In this document: positions 9,856-20,493 of the stretch, one piece after another
How positions within the stretch are numbered: position 1 is the stretch's first letter
Layout: each line of letters begins with the position of its first letter
DNA from: an uncultured Duodenibacillus sp.
GTDB lineage: Bacteria; Pseudomonadota; Gammaproteobacteria; Burkholderiales; Burkholderiaceae_F
NCBI GenBank assembly: GCA_944388865.1
Contig: CALXKM010000021.1
Coordinates: forward strand, 5,482-69,481
Length of the DNA stretch: 64,000 bases
Reading direction: 5' to 3'
Notes under the pieces: generated by a model
Databases searched by the model: none
Told to the model about the DNA's origin: nothing
What the model saw: only the letters and a program-made list of their open reading frames with translations
Made by a program: the position numbers and the translations under genes

Positions 9856-11088
9856 TTATTGCTTGGGCTTGCGCGTTCGTCCCAGCAGGCAAACGACAGT
9901 TGCTGTTGCCGTGAGTCCTGCCCAGATGAGAAACGTTGGCTCCCATCCCCAAATAAGAGCCGAAGCTCCGCTTGCTGCAGTTGAGGCTGCGGCTCCGAGA
10001 TACCCCAGAGCATTCAATAGGCCAGAGACGCTTGAGACCGTGCCGCGTCCTTCAAACCGAAGCGGATAGATGGAAACAAGAAGCGTATTGACGCCCATCG
10101 TAAGAGCCGCCGCAAACGCAATTAAAAAAGCCGCGGCAAATAGCGAATTCATGCCCCAAAGTGAGAGAATGACAAGGTCCAAGGCGGCAGCGCTGAGCAG
10201 CAAGGCTGTGGCGACGAATACGTTTTCCTTCACAAGGCTAAGCACAGCTTTAGCAAGGTATGCCCCAAAGAAGTTGATGATGGGAAGCACTGCAGTTACC
10301 AGAAGTGCAAACGAGGCGGTTAAGCCGAAGCTCTCGCCCAGAATCGTGGGCGTCCAGGCTGAGAGGCCATCTTTGAGCGTGCCGTGCACAAATGCAGGCC
10401 AGGCCAAAAGCGCGATGCCGCAGCCTGAAAGCAAAAGCACTTGCGAGAACATTTTCTTTATGTTCGAAGTGCCGCTCATTGACGTAGCCTTCCAGAAGTC
10501 GGGCGTTTGAAAGCCGGTGAGCCTTTCAAAGAAGAAAAGCCAGCCTGCGGCAGCCGCAAGAAGAATGACGGCGGGCACCGCAAAAACGCCCTCCCATCCG
10601 ATAAGCCAGCTAGCAGCTGCAGCAAGCAAAAGCGAGGCAAGCGTGCCGCCCACTTGAGAAGACACGATGTCAACGCTAAAGGAAATCTTGTCGCGATCAG
10701 TCAAAAGCAAGGCAAACATGCGCAGCATCGGAGCCCAGACCATGGCCTGCGCCCAGCCGTTGACAGCCCAGACAAGAGAAAGAAAATCCGTGTGCGCTAC
10801 TATGGGCATGAGCGCATTGGCCGCACCCGACAAACCAAGGCCGGCAGCAATCATTGTTTTGGGAGAGAGCCGGTCGCCTGCCAAGCCGTTTACAAAGCTT
10901 CCGATTCCATAGGCCGTGAAATAGGCCGTGTTGATGAGGCCCGCCGCAGCGGTGGTGACGAGTCCTGCATTGACCATGTCAAGCGTTGCGCTCGAAAAGT
11001 TGAGTCTTCCGAGGTACGAGCAGAAGTATGCCGTCCAGCAAAAGAAGAATAACGCGCGCACGCGGCTGGCATCAGTGATTTTTGACAT
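9856..11088 (-). CDS. MFS transporter
   Basis: About 410 aa and about 12 predicted hydrophobic helices. The MFS-like loop GDRLSPK follows TM2. ATG at 11088; the track ORF starts at TTG 11100. Confidence 0.8.
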   Translation of the reverse strand: MSKITDASRVRALFFFCWTAYFCSYLGRLNFSSATLDMVNAGLVTTAAAGLINTAYFTAYGIGSFVNGLAGDRLSPKTMIAAGLGLSGAANALMPIVAHTDFLSLVWAVNGWAQAMVWAPMLRMFALLLTDRDKISFSVDIVSSQVGGTLASLLLAAAASWLIGWEGVFAVPAVILLAAAAGWLFFFERLTGFQTPDFWKATSMSGTSNIKKMFSQVLLLSGCGIALLAWPAFVHGTLKDGLSAWTPTILGESFGLTASFALLVTAVLPIINFFGAYLAKAVLSLVKENVFVATALLLSAAALDLVILSLWGMNSLFAAAFLIAFAAALTMGVNTLLVSIYPLRFEGRGTVSSVSGLLNALGYLGAAASTAASGASALIWGWEPTFLIWAGLTATATVVCLLGRTRKPKQ

Positions 11089-11220
11089 GCTGCTCAACAA
11101 GAATTAGTTGTTGCCGGGGAAAAGTGTTGACGCAGATGGCAGCTGCTGGCGAAAGCAGTTCATCTACTCTCATCAACGGCAGGATGGTGCATGCTTGCAG
11201 GCAAAAGCATCAATTGGAAA

Positions 11221-11245
11221 ATACCCATGTTTTTTTGTAGGGTAT
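11221..11245. promoter_or_regulatory. Candidate IscR type-1 binding site (distal)
   Basis: ATACCCATGTTTTTTTGTAGGGTAT matches 19 of 25 positions of the E. coli type-1 consensus ATASYYGACTRWWWYAGTCRRSTAT (hand alignment). It lies upstream of iscR. Confidence 0.4.
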
Positions 11246-11256
11246 TTTTCTGTATG

Positions 11257-11281
11257 ATTCCTGACTAATTGAGTAGGGTAT
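11257..11281. promoter_or_regulatory. Candidate IscR type-1 binding site (proximal)
   Basis: ATTCCTGACTAATTGAGTAGGGTAT matches 22 of 25 positions of ATASYYGACTRWWWYAGTCRRSTAT (hand alignment). It lies 103 nt upstream of the iscR start. Confidence 0.6.
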
Positions 11282-11383
11282 TTGAAAGTTTGCGAAAAGA
11301 CGCTGCAAAAAGAAGAGTTTCTTCGCGAGCTTTCTTTTTCCCTGCTGACATGGATGCATTTCAACAACCCCGAATTTTGAGCA

Positions 11384-11872
11384 GTGAAGCTTACCACTCG
11401 CGGACGGTTTGCCGTCACCAGCATGATTGATTTGGCGCTCAATGCCGAGAACAAGCCTGTGCGCTTGAGCGACATTGCACGCAGGCAGAAGATGTCGCTT
11501 GCCTACCTTGAGCAAATTTTTTGCCAATTGCGTCATGCCGAGCTCGTCAAAAGCGTGCGCGGCCCCGGCGGCGGGTATCTGCTGGGAAAGCCCGCTGCTG
11601 AGATCACCGCCGGCGAAATCGTGCGGGCAGTTGAAGGCGATGTGGACGTCAGCCAATGCCGGGGCGAAGCCTCCTGCAGGGGCGGCGCGCAGTGTCTTGC
11701 GCACGGCCTATGGTCGGAGCTCAACGCCAAGATGGCGGAATTTTTAAATTCGCAGACCTTGCAGTCGATCAAGGATAGAAATTTAAGCCGCACGGCAGCG
11801 CTTTCCGGCAACACCGAGCATGTGGTGAGCCTGCATCGTTCGGCAAGAGTGACTTCCTCTGTTTCGCAATGA
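11384..11872 (+). CDS. iscR: Fe-S cluster assembly transcriptional regulator IscR (Rrf2 family)
   Basis: MKLTTRGRFAVTSMIDLAL...YLEQIF..L....LV.S.RGPGGGY, with a Cys-rich cluster-ligand region CRGEASCRGGAQCLAH. It is the first gene of the isc operon. GTG start. Confidence 0.95.
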   Translation: MKLTTRGRFAVTSMIDLALNAENKPVRLSDIARRQKMSLAYLEQIFCQLRHAELVKSVRGPGGGYLLGKPAAEITAGEIVRAVEGDVDVSQCRGEASCRGGAQCLAHGLWSELNAKMAEFLNSQTLQSIKDRNLSRTAALSGNTEHVVSLHRSARVTSSVSQ

Positions 11873-11984
11873 GAGCATCCCGTACGAAAAGGAATTGAGT
11901 CGTTTGTTTTTAGTGCAGCTTTTCCAGCGGCTGATTTTTTGATCAGACTCCACGTGGAAAAGAAGAAAAAAAGAGAGAATCAAA

Positions 11985-13196
11985 ATGAGATTGCCTGTTT
12001 ATCTTGACTATGCGGCCACTACGCCCACCGATCCGCGCGTGGTCGAAAAGATGCTTCCCTTTCTTCTGACGAAGTTCGGCAACCCTGCAAGCCGCTCCCA
12101 CGCCTATGGCTGGGAAGCGGAAAAGGCGGTTGAAGAAGCCAGAAATGAGGTGGCAGCATACCTCAACGCCGATCCGCGCGAAATCGTTTGGACTTCGGGC
12201 GCAACCGAGTCTGACAACCTTGCCATTAAGGGCGCTGCGCACTTTTATAAGGACAAGGGCAAGCATCTCATCACGGTTAAGACCGAGCACAAGGCAGTTT
12301 TAGACAGCATGCGCCATCTTGAAACCGAAGGCTTTGAAGTCACCTATCTTGGCGTGCAGCCCGACGGCATGATCGACATGAAGGAACTTGAAGCTGCCAT
12401 CCGTCCGGATACGACGCTTGTGTCCATCATGGCTGTCAACAACGAAATCGGTGTCATTCAGGATCTTGAAGCCATTGGCGAGCTCTGCCGCAGCAAGGGC
12501 GTGATCTTTCACTGTGATGCGACGCAGGCCGCGGGCAAAATGGAGCTTGATATGACGAAGCTCAAAATTGACCTTCTGAGTCTTTCGTCGCACAAGGTCT
12601 ATGGCCCCAAGGGCATGGGGGCTCTTTACGTTCGCCGCAAGCCGCGCGTTCGCATTGAGCCGCAGATTCACGGCGGCGGACACGAGCGCGGCATGCGCTC
12701 GGGGACGCTGGCCACGCACCAGATCGTGGGCATGGGCGAAGCCTATCGTCTTGCCAGGCTCGAGCAAAAGCACGACATTGAGCACTGCACCAAGCTACGC
12801 GATCGGCTCTTAAAGGGCATTTTGGACAACATTCCTGACGTCTATGTCAACGGCAACATGGAGCACCACGTCTGCTCGACGCTTAACGTGTCCTTTGCCT
12901 TTGTTGAGGGCGAGAGCCTCATGATGGCCGTCAAGGACATTGCAGTGAGTTCAGGATCAGCCTGCACGTCGGCTTCTCTTGAGCCCAGCTACGTGCTTCG
13001 TGCTCTTGGGCGCGACGATGAACTTGCCCACAGCTCGATTCGCTTCTCGATCGGGCGTTTCACGACCGAAGAAGAAATCGACTTCACCATCAAGACCCTT
13101 ACCGAGCAGGTCGCTAAACTGCGCGAAATGTCCCCCTTGTGGGAGATGCACCAGCAGGGCATTGATCTCTCGACCGTGAAGTGGAGCGAACACTAA
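11985..13196 (+). CDS. iscS: Cysteine desulfurase IscS
   Basis: [14 protein letters not shown]...[10 protein letters not shown] (PLP lysine)...[21 protein letters not shown] (active-site Cys loop). 403 aa and strongly IscS-like. Confidence 0.97.
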   Translation: MRLPVYLDYAATTPTDPRVVEKMLPFLLTKFGNPASRSHAYGWEAEKAVEEARNEVAAYLNADPREIVWTSGATESDNLAIKGAAHFYKDKGKHLITVKTEHKAVLDSMRHLETEGFEVTYLGVQPDGMIDMKELEAAIRPDTTLVSIMAVNNEIGVIQDLEAIGELCRSKGVIFHCDATQAAGKMELDMTKLKIDLLSLSSHKVYGPKGMGALYVRRKPRVRIEPQIHGGGHERGMRSGTLATHQIVGMGEAYRLARLEQKHDIEHCTKLRDRLLKGILDNIPDVYVNGNMEHHVCSTLNVSFAFVEGESLMMAVKDIAVSSGSACTSASLEPSYVLRALGRDDELAHSSIRFSIGRFTTEEEIDFTIKTLTEQVAKLREMSPLWEMHQQGIDLSTVKWSEH

Positions 13197-13336
13197 AAAA
13201 GTCTGCACGCGTCTTGAAGCGGCTTTACTTCATCAAAAAAGTCGACGTTTTGTCTTTTTTGAGGTCAGCGCCTTCCTGACGCACGCCAGAGGATAAACAT
13301 ATTGAAAAAGTCCCCATTACCAGGAAACGACAAATC

Positions 13337-13723
13337 ATGGCTTACAGCGAAAAACTGATGGACCACTACGAGCATCCGCGCAATGTGGGCACGCTCGACA
13401 AAAATGATGATTCGGTGGGCACCGGCATGGTCGGCGCTCCGGCTTGCGGCGACGTGATGCGCCTGCAGATCAAGGTCAATGATCAGGGCGTGATTGAAGA
13501 CGCAAAATTTAAGACCTACGGCTGCGGTTCGGCCATTGCCTCAAGTTCGCTCGTGACCGAATGGGTCAAGGGCAAGACGCTCGACGATGCAGCAAAGATT
13601 TCCAACGCCGACATTGCCGAAGAGCTTGCGCTGCCGCCCGTCAAGATTCACTGCTCGATTTTGGCCGAAGATGCCATCAAGGCAGCCATTGACGACTACA
13701 AGTCCAAGCAAAAGAAGGCTTGA
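13337..13723 (+). CDS. iscU: Fe-S cluster scaffold IscU
   Basis: MAYSEKLMDHYEHPRNVG...GAPACGDVM...YGCGSAIASSS...LPPVKIHCS. Confidence 0.97.
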   Translation: MAYSEKLMDHYEHPRNVGTLDKNDDSVGTGMVGAPACGDVMRLQIKVNDQGVIEDAKFKTYGCGSAIASSSLVTEWVKGKTLDDAAKISNADIAEELALPPVKIHCSILAEDAIKAAIDDYKSKQKKA

Positions 13724-13756
13724 TGCCGCACGATACGGACAAGGAGAACATCCACC

Positions 13757-14080
13757 ATGGCAGTGACACTTACTGAGGCTGCGGCCAAGCACGTGGCGGC
13801 CTTTCTCGCCAAGCGCGGGAAAGGTATCGGACTGCGCCTGGGCGTCAAGACGAGCGGCTGCTCGGGCATGGCCTACAAGCTTGAATTTGCCGACGTCGTC
13901 AACGACGATGATCAGGTTTGGGAGAGTTTTGGCGTCAAGGTCATTGTTGACGCAAAGAGCCTTCCTTATATCGACGGCACGGAACTTGACTATGTGCGCG
14001 AAGGCCTGCAGGAAGGCTTTAAGTACAAAAATCCGCAGGAAAAAGAAACCTGCGGCTGCGGCAAGTCGTTTCATGTCTGA
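13757..14080 (+). CDS. iscA: Fe-S cluster insertion protein IscA
   Basis: 107 aa with GCSGMAY and a C-terminal CGCGKSF motif. Confidence 0.95.
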   Translation: MAVTLTEAAAKHVAAFLAKRGKGIGLRLGVKTSGCSGMAYKLEFADVVNDDDQVWESFGVKVIVDAKSLPYIDGTELDYVREGLQEGFKYKNPQEKETCGCGKSFHV

Positions 14081-14097
14081 AAGTTGAAGGTGCGTGC

Positions 14098-14616
14098 ATG
14101 GCTCAAATCGAAGCCTTCAAAATTCTGGGGCTGCCCGAGCGCTTTGCTCTTGAGGACGCGGCAATTGAAGAAAATTGGCGCAAGACGATTGCGCTCGTGC
14201 ATCCAGATCGCTTTGCGGACAAAACGCCCGCTGAGCGGCGCGTGGCCGAGCAGTGGGCAGGACGAATCAATGAAGCCAAAGATGCCCTTTTGGATCCGGT
14301 TTCTCGCGCCTCGCTTTTGATTAAGGCCGCTGGGGTAGACGTGGGAGCCGAGACCGACACGAAGATGCCGGCTGAATTTTTGCTCGAGCAAATCGAGTGG
14401 CGCGAAGAGCATGAAGCCGCTGCAGGCAACGAGAAAGCCGAGCAAGCCCTGTTGGCTCGCGTAGAAGCGGTTCGAAGCGAACTCCTAGGCAAGCTTGCCA
14501 TTGCCATTGATCAAACCCACGACTGGGCTCTCGCGCGCGACGCCGTTCGGCGCTTGATGTTTATTGAAAAGATGCGTCGCGAGATGATTCGCGGCAAAGT
14601 TCATCCACACGAATAA
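14098..14616 (+). CDS. hscB: Co-chaperone HscB
   Basis: J-domain with LVHPDRF, 172 aa, positioned between iscA and hscA. Confidence 0.9.
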   Translation: MAQIEAFKILGLPERFALEDAAIEENWRKTIALVHPDRFADKTPAERRVAEQWAGRINEAKDALLDPVSRASLLIKAAGVDVGAETDTKMPAEFLLEQIEWREEHEAAAGNEKAEQALLARVEAVRSELLGKLAIAIDQTHDWALARDAVRRLMFIEKMRREMIRGKVHPHE

Positions 14617-14625
14617 GAAGAAAAG

Positions 14626-16521
14626 ATGATCGGACTCATGCAGATTGCAGAGCCCGGCATGTCGGCAGCTCCGCACGAAGAGCGCTACGCCGTCGGCATT
14701 GACCTGGGCACCACGAATTCGCTTGTTGCCATTGTGCTCAACGGCACGACGGAAGTCATTGCCGATGAAAAGGGACGAAGCCTTTTGCCCTCGGTGGTGC
14801 GCTATTGTCCCGACGGCAGCATAGATGTGGGCTATGAGGCGGCCACTGACGCATCTTCAGATGCAGCAAATACCATCAGTTCGGTCAAGCGTTTGATGGG
14901 GCGTGGGTTAAAGGACGTTGCGGGCAGCATCATCTTTCCCTATGACTTTGAAGACGTTCCGGGCATGGTGAAGATTCGCACCCGAGCCGGCGTCAAAACG
15001 CCTGTGGAGGTTTCTGCGGAAATCCTCAAGGTGCTGCGCGAGCGTGCGCAAAAAAGAGTGGGAGCAGAACTTGTCGGAGCCGTCATCACGGTGCCTGCGT
15101 ACTTTGATGATGCACAGCGCCAAGCAACGAAGGATGCGGCAAGGCTTGCGGGCCTTACCGTTTTGCGGCTTCTCAATGAACCGACGGCGGCCGCCCTTGC
15201 CTATGGGCTTGACAATGGCGCAGAGGGCCAGTACCTCATTTATGACTTAGGCGGAGGCACGTTTGACGTATCGCTCTTGAGGCTTACCAAGGGCGTTTTC
15301 GAGGTGCTCGCCACGGGCGGCAATTCGGCTCTTGGGGGCGACGATTTTGATCACCGATTGGTGTGCTGGGCCATTGAAAAGTTGGGAGCCGGCGTTTCGG
15401 CTGAGATTCTAAGCGGGCCCGATAAGCGAACGCTCACGCTTGCGCTCAAGAAGGCCCGAGAAGAGTTGACGCAAAAAGAAAGCGTGTGCGTTGATGTGCA
15501 GTTGGCAAATGGCCGCAAGCTTGAAGCTGAGCTCACGCGCAAAGAGTTCGACGATATGGTCGCTCATCTTGTGCAAAAAACGATGGATGCGGTCAAAAAC
15601 GTGCTCTCAGACGCCGGCATGAGTGCTTCTGACGTCAAGGGGGTAGTGCTCGTGGGCGGCGCAACCCGCATGCCTTGCGTGAGAAAGGCCGTGGAAGATT
15701 ATTTCGGGCACGCTCCCTTTGCCGATATTGATCCCGACAAGGTGGTGGCGGTGGGGGCAGCCATGCAGGCCAATAAGCTTGCGGGCAACGCCTCGCAAGG
15801 CGACGACTGGCTGCTGCTAGACGTTACGCCCTTGTCGCTGGGTCTGGAAACGATGGGAGGTTTGGTCGAAAAGATTATTCCGCGCAACAGCCCCATTCCG
15901 GTGGCGATGGCGCAGGACTTTACGACCTTCAAGGACGGCCAGACGGCAATGGCGCTGCACGTGGTGCAGGGCGAGCGGGAAGTGGTCGACAAGTGCCGGT
16001 CGCTTGCGCGTTTTGAATTGCGCGGCATCCCGCCTATGGCCGCGGGCGCAGCGCGCATTCGCGTGACGTTTCAAATTGATGCCGATGGCCTTTTGTCGGT
16101 CTCTGCGCGTGAAACCCAAACCGGAGTGGAAAGCAGCATTGTCGTCAAGCCCAGCTACGGCTTGACCGATGAAGACGTCATCTCCATGCTCAAAGACGGG
16201 TCGGCAAGCGCTGAGGCCGATATGCGCGAGCGCGAGCTTAGAGAGCAGCGCGTAGAGGCCATGCGCTTGATTGAGTCGACGAATTCTGCCCTTGAAGCAG
16301 ATGCCGATCTCTTGAGCGCTGATGAGAGAGCGCTTATTGATGCTGCCATCCAAAAGCTTCAAGAGGCAGCTCAGAGCGAAGACGTTGACCGCATCAAAGA
16401 GGGCATTGCGGAACTTACCAAAGACACGGGCGAATTTGCAGCCCGCCGCATGGACCGCTCGATTCGCGAGGCACTCGCAGGGCGCTCCGTTGATGCCGTG
16501 ATTGAAGAAAAAGAGCAATAA
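14626..16521 (+). CDS. hscA: Fe-S protein assembly chaperone HscA (Hsp70 family)
   Basis: [29 protein letters not shown] is collinear with the E. coli HscA N-terminus. Hsp70 motifs occur throughout. Confidence 0.97.
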   Translation: MIGLMQIAEPGMSAAPHEERYAVGIDLGTTNSLVAIVLNGTTEVIADEKGRSLLPSVVRYCPDGSIDVGYEAATDASSDAANTISSVKRLMGRGLKDVAGSIIFPYDFEDVPGMVKIRTRAGVKTPVEVSAEILKVLRERAQKRVGAELVGAVITVPAYFDDAQRQATKDAARLAGLTVLRLLNEPTAAALAYGLDNGAEGQYLIYDLGGGTFDVSLLRLTKGVFEVLATGGNSALGGDDFDHRLVCWAIEKLGAGVSAEILSGPDKRTLTLALKKAREELTQKESVCVDVQLANGRKLEAELTRKEFDDMVAHLVQKTMDAVKNVLSDAGMSASDVKGVVLVGGATRMPCVRKAVEDYFGHAPFADIDPDKVVAVGAAMQANKLAGNASQGDDWLLLDVTPLSLGLETMGGLVEKIIPRNSPIPVAMAQDFTTFKDGQTAMALHVVQGEREVVDKCRSLARFELRGIPPMAAGAARIRVTFQIDADGLLSVSARETQTGVESSIVVKPSYGLTDEDVISMLKDGSASAEADMRERELREQRVEAMRLIESTNSALEADADLLSADERALIDAAIQKLQEAAQSEDVDRIKEGIAELTKDTGEFAARRMDRSIREALAGRSVDAVIEEKEQ

Positions 16522-16549
16522 GTCGTATTTGCAAGTAAAGGATTTGATC

Positions 16550-16885
16550 ATGCCTTTTGTCACAATTCTTCCCAATGCCGCTCTTTGCCCAGAGGGTGCA
16601 AAGATTGAAGTTCAAACGGGCGAAAAAATTGCGCAAGCGCTCAACAAGGCCGGCATCAAGCTGCCTCATGCCTGCGAGTACAACTGCGCTTGCGCGACGT
16701 GCCACATCATTGTGCGCGAAGGCTTTGACAGCTTGAACGAACCAGATGACGACGAATATGATCAGCTCGACAACGCCTTTGGCGCAACGCCCTTTTCACG
16801 ACTGGCCTGCCAGACAGTGATGGGCAAAGAAGACATCACGATTGAAATTCCGAAAAACAACCGCAACCTCGTCACAGAAGAGTAG
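16550..16885 (+). CDS. fdx: [2Fe-2S] ferredoxin Fdx (ISC system)
   Basis: Starting from ATG 16550 the protein begins MPFVTILPN. It has HACEYNCACATCH plus a later C in LACQ, the adrenodoxin-type ligand pattern. The track ORF begins upstream at 16502. Confidence 0.93.
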   Translation: MPFVTILPNAALCPEGAKIEVQTGEKIAQALNKAGIKLPHACEYNCACATCHIIVREGFDSLNEPDDDEYDQLDNAFGATPFSRLACQTVMGKEDITIEIPKNNRNLVTEE

Positions 16886-16909
16886 GACGCGTTCGAAGGA
16901 GAAAGCATC

Positions 16910-17107
16910 ATGGGCTACAAGTGGACCGATGCTCGAGAGCTTGCTGAAGAGCTCTATGACAATGAACCAGAGCTTGACCCGGTGACGCTGCGCTTGAGCG
17001 AACTGCGCGAGCGCGTGCTTGCTCTCTCTGATTTTGATGATGATCCCGAAGCAAGCAACGAAAGAGTACTTGAGGCGATTTTGCAGGCGTGGATAGACGA
17101 GCGCTAG
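16910..17107 (+). CDS. iscX: Fe-S assembly protein IscX (YfhJ)
   Basis: 65-aa acidic protein MGYKWTDARELAEELYDNEPELDP..., last gene of the isc cluster. Confidence 0.9.
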   Translation: MGYKWTDARELAEELYDNEPELDPVTLRLSELRERVLALSDFDDDPEASNERVLEAILQAWIDER

Positions 17108-17154
17108 CCCTGATTGGGGAGTCGCAGAAAAAGTGAATCTTTGCGTGATAAGTT

Positions 17155-18546
17155 TCAGCACTCGGATATTTTGTGTGCGGCAAGCTCTGAAACCTCATGC
17201 CTAAACCGAAGAACGAACCATCCGCAAATCAGAAAAGAGCCGACTTCAGCTAAGGGCTGCGCGCTCTGCAGCCCAATGAGCCCAAAGGTCGGCGGCAGAA
17301 GAAGAATCATCGGCAAAAAGAAAAGTCCTTGCCGAGTGCTGGCAAGCAGCGTGGCGATCGTGGTGCGTCCGAGCACTTGATAAGTCATGTTGCCGATGAC
17401 GTTGACCGGCACCAAGGGCGCAACGGCGCACTGAAATTTAAGCGCCAGCACGGCCACGGCAAACACTTCCGGATCATTGGTTTCAAAAAATCCGATGACT
17501 TCTCGGGCAAAGATAAATCCCAGACAAGCTAGGCTTGTCATGACGACTGTCGACATCAAAAGCGTCGCGTCAAAGGCTTTCTTGACGCGGTCGAACTTTT
17601 TGGCTCCCCAGTTGTAGCCAAGTACCGGCTGAAAGCCTTGCCCGATGCCGATCAAAGCGGCAGCCGTGATCATCATGACGCGCCCGACAATCGACATGCC
17701 GGCAACGCCTGCGTCGCCAAAGCTTCCTGCCATAAGGTTCAATACCGACGCAGCAACAGCCCCGAGCACATTGCGGGTAAGCGACGGGATGCCGTTTTTA
17801 ACGAGAGAGACGTAGACAGCAGCGCTTCGCGAAATCCAGGAAGGCTGCATCGCAATGGAGCCTTTGCCGCGCATGTAGTGCGACAAAAGAACGAAAAAGG
17901 ATAGCGTCTGACACAAAGCCGTCGCCCAGGCGGCACCCGCAATTCCCGCATCAAGCACAAAGATGAAGACGGGCGCAACAGCAATGTTGAGCAGTCCCCC
18001 GGCGGCAAGCCCAATCATGCCCACAAGCGCCAGGCCCTCTGAGCGCAGAATATTGTTTAAAGTAAAAGCACCGGCCATGAAGGGCGAGGCCAAGAGTACT
18101 GCTTGAGCATATTGCCGGGCATAGGGCAAAATGGTGGGCGTTGCTCCCATGACGGACAAGAGCGCATCCACAAAAGCCCACGCAAGCAGAGCAAAAAGAG
18201 AACCCGCGCACAAGACGGCAAAGACGGCTGAGGTTGCAAGCGTATTGGCGCGTGCATAGTTTTGCGCTCCCAATAGGCGCGATGTCTGCGTTGCGCACCC
18301 CTGACCAATCATGATGCCGATGGCTTGAATGATCATCTGCAGGGCAAACACCACGCCCATGGCTCCGACGGCGGACGTGCCGAGGTAAGAGACGTAATAG
18401 GTGCTTGCCGTGTTGTAGAGCGCAGTGACAAGCATCGAGAGCATGGTGGGCACGCCCAGCCGCAGGACGAGTCCTGCCACGGGAGCCGTCGTCATGCGCT
18501 CAAACGTGCGGCTGGCCGCAAGGCCGCGAGCTTGCGGTTTGGTCAT
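17155..18546 (-). CDS. MATE family efflux transporter
   Basis: 12-TM protein with a MATE-like N-terminus (...VAGLVLRLGVPTMLSMLVTALYN). ATG 18546 is preferred; the track ORF extends to 18612. Confidence 0.85.
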   Translation of the reverse strand: MTKPQARGLAASRTFERMTTAPVAGLVLRLGVPTMLSMLVTALYNTASTYYVSYLGTSAVGAMGVVFALQMIIQAIGIMIGQGCATQTSRLLGAQNYARANTLATSAVFAVLCAGSLFALLAWAFVDALLSVMGATPTILPYARQYAQAVLLASPFMAGAFTLNNILRSEGLALVGMIGLAAGGLLNIAVAPVFIFVLDAGIAGAAWATALCQTLSFFVLLSHYMRGKGSIAMQPSWISRSAAVYVSLVKNGIPSLTRNVLGAVAASVLNLMAGSFGDAGVAGMSIVGRVMMITAAALIGIGQGFQPVLGYNWGAKKFDRVKKAFDATLLMSTVVMTSLACLGFIFAREVIGFFETNDPEVFAVAVLALKFQCAVAPLVPVNVIGNMTYQVLGRTTIATLLASTRQGLFFLPMILLLPPTFGLIGLQSAQPLAEVGSFLICGWFVLRFRHEVSELAAHKISEC

Positions 18547-18690
18547 AAAAATAGAGAGCCCAAGCCTAAAAAGAAGAGAAAAGAAATCTGCCGACCACAG
18601 CAGATTCTGCAAGCAGAATAGCTGATTTGAGATGGGCTGAGCAGCTCACCTGCTGCTACTCAGGGTTTTCCGGCAAGGCTCAAATTGCAA

Positions 18691-19485
18691 CTACCAATCA
18701 AGCTGCATGACGACCGGCGCATGATCGCTTGGTTTTTCAAGTGCGCGCGGTGCGGCGTCAATCCATACATCCTTCATGTCCTTGGCAACAGCCGGACTCA
18801 CAAGCAGGTGGTCAATGCGAAGGCCATGATTTTTTTCAAAGCCTGACATCCTGTAATCCCACCATGAGTACGTTTCAGGAGCGTGAAGCCCCAAGGTCCA
18901 GGTATCGACCAAACCGCTTTGTACTAAGCCCGCATAGGCGCTGCGCTCGGGAGCCGAGACCAGAATCTTTCCCTTCCACTCCTGCGGATTCCAAAGATCA
19001 GCATCTGTGGGAGCAATGTTGAAGTCGCCTCCCAGCACGAAGTTCTTTTCACGGCCAAGTTCATCTCGCACCCAATGGGTGAGCGCGGCAATCCATTCAA
19101 GCTTATAGAAGTATTTGTCAGAGCCCACTTCCTGCCCATTGGGAAAGTAGGCACCGGCTAGCCGCACTTTTTCTCCGGTTTTTGTGGTAATGGTCGCCGC
19201 GATCAGACGCTTTTGCTCATCGGGATAGCCGGGGATGTTGAAAACAATATCGTCAACGGCAGAAACTTGCGATTTGCGCACGGCAAGCGCAACGCCGTTA
19301 TAGGTTTTCTGGCCGCAGAAAAGAACCTCAAAGCCCGCTGCTTCAAAGTCATCTTTGGGAAAAGCATCATCGACGGTTTTGGTTTCCTGCATGACAAGCG
19401 CAGTGGTTTGCGTCTGCTCGAGCCAATTGAGAACATGATTGAGACGAACTTTGATGCTGTTGACGTTCCAGGTGGCTATCTGCAT
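18691..19485 (-). CDS. xthA: Exodeoxyribonuclease III
   Basis: MQIATWNVNSIKVRL...GDFNIAP...SDHAPV: the EEP nuclease/ExoIII motifs. 264 aa. Confidence 0.93.
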   Translation of the reverse strand: MQIATWNVNSIKVRLNHVLNWLEQTQTTALVMQETKTVDDAFPKDDFEAAGFEVLFCGQKTYNGVALAVRKSQVSAVDDIVFNIPGYPDEQKRLIAATITTKTGEKVRLAGAYFPNGQEVGSDKYFYKLEWIAALTHWVRDELGREKNFVLGGDFNIAPTDADLWNPQEWKGKILVSAPERSAYAGLVQSGLVDTWTLGLHAPETYSWWDYRMSGFEKNHGLRIDHLLVSPAVAKDMKDVWIDAAPRALEKPSDHAPVVMQLDW

Positions 19486-19516
19486 AAGGAAAACCTAAAA
19501 GTTTGAAGGATCAAAT

Positions 19517-20326
19517 TTAAGTCATTGCCGTCAAAAAGGCGACGGCGCTGTCCCAGGGAACAATGCCGGTGGCGATGCGCTCGAGCACATCTGCGGGTTC
19601 TAAAAGCTCAATGAAAGCAACTTCACCATCGGTATTGTGCACGTTTTCAGTGTTGTGTACGACGACTTTTTGACAAAACGCATCTTCGTGCATCCAGCCT
19701 TCTTCAACCGGACGGCGAATGGTAAATTGCCAAGAAGAGTCCTCTAAAGAATAGTCGCCGGGCTTGAGCCCAGCTTCTTCTGCGATTTCCCGGGCAAGAC
19801 TCTCGTGCGGCGCTTCACCCGCAGCAATGAGGCCCGCAGCAAGCGCATCCCAAAGTCCGGGGTCGACTTGTTTTGTGAAGCTTCTTTGGCTCATGAAGAT
19901 GCGGCCGTCTTCGGTCATCCCCACAGCGTAGATGCAGCGCGTTGCCATGCCTAAATAGCGAAAAAGTCCTCTTTCGGCTTGAGCGAGAACGTCTCCTGTG
20001 TCGAGATCGCGAACATCAAGCAGTTCTTTTCGCCATTGAAAGAAAAACCCTGCTTGGTGAAAGACGTTTGCCGCAAGTGCGAGACCTTCGTTGAAGTTCG
20101 ATTGAGGGGTAAAGACAACGCCTTGCGGCGTGCGGGAAAAAAGCGTGCTTAAAGAAGATGAGTTGATTTCGCCAACAGTCTTTTCTGAAATTAGGCCGAT
20201 GCGATGATCATTGAGCCAAAGATCAAGCATTCCTGCCGGAGGCAATTGTTGATTGAAGTCAAGAGCTTGTTCAAGCAGAGCTTGAGCTCGAGCGCGATCA
20301 GCGGCGGTCAAATGAAAGTCTGACAT
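19517..20326 (-). CDS. NUDIX family hydrolase
   Basis: Nudix box GLIAAGEAPHESLAREIAEEAGL (G-x5-E-x7-REUxEExGU). ATG at 20326; the track ORF starts at TTG 20335. Confidence 0.75.
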   Translation of the reverse strand: MSDFHLTAADRARAQALLEQALDFNQQLPPAGMLDLWLNDHRIGLISEKTVGEINSSSLSTLFSRTPQGVVFTPQSNFNEGLALAANVFHQAGFFFQWRKELLDVRDLDTGDVLAQAERGLFRYLGMATRCIYAVGMTEDGRIFMSQRSFTKQVDPGLWDALAAGLIAAGEAPHESLAREIAEEAGLKPGDYSLEDSSWQFTIRRPVEEGWMHEDAFCQKVVVHNTENVHNTDGEVAFIELLEPADVLERIATGIVPWDSAVAFLTAMT

Positions 20327-20451
20327 GGGAAGCAATGGGTACAGTCAAATGGGCGGCAGAAGGTTTTTCTTGACAGTGGGGGTTAAAAAAAATAAGCAGA
20401 GGCGCCTGCCGGTTTTTCCATATCCGGTGCAAAAGAGCGCTCAGGATGTCG

Positions 20452-20478
20452 AAAAAGCCGCAGAAGGCCGCGGCTTTT
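20452..20478 (-). terminator. Rho-independent terminator downstream of the SNF2 helicase gene (potentially bidirectional)
   Basis: GAAAAAGCCGC-agaaggcc-GCGGCTTTTC: a 7-bp GC-rich stem flanked by an A-run and a T-run, 16 nt after the SNF2 stop. Confidence 0.6.
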
Positions 20479-20493
20479 CGGCATCAGACGGAA

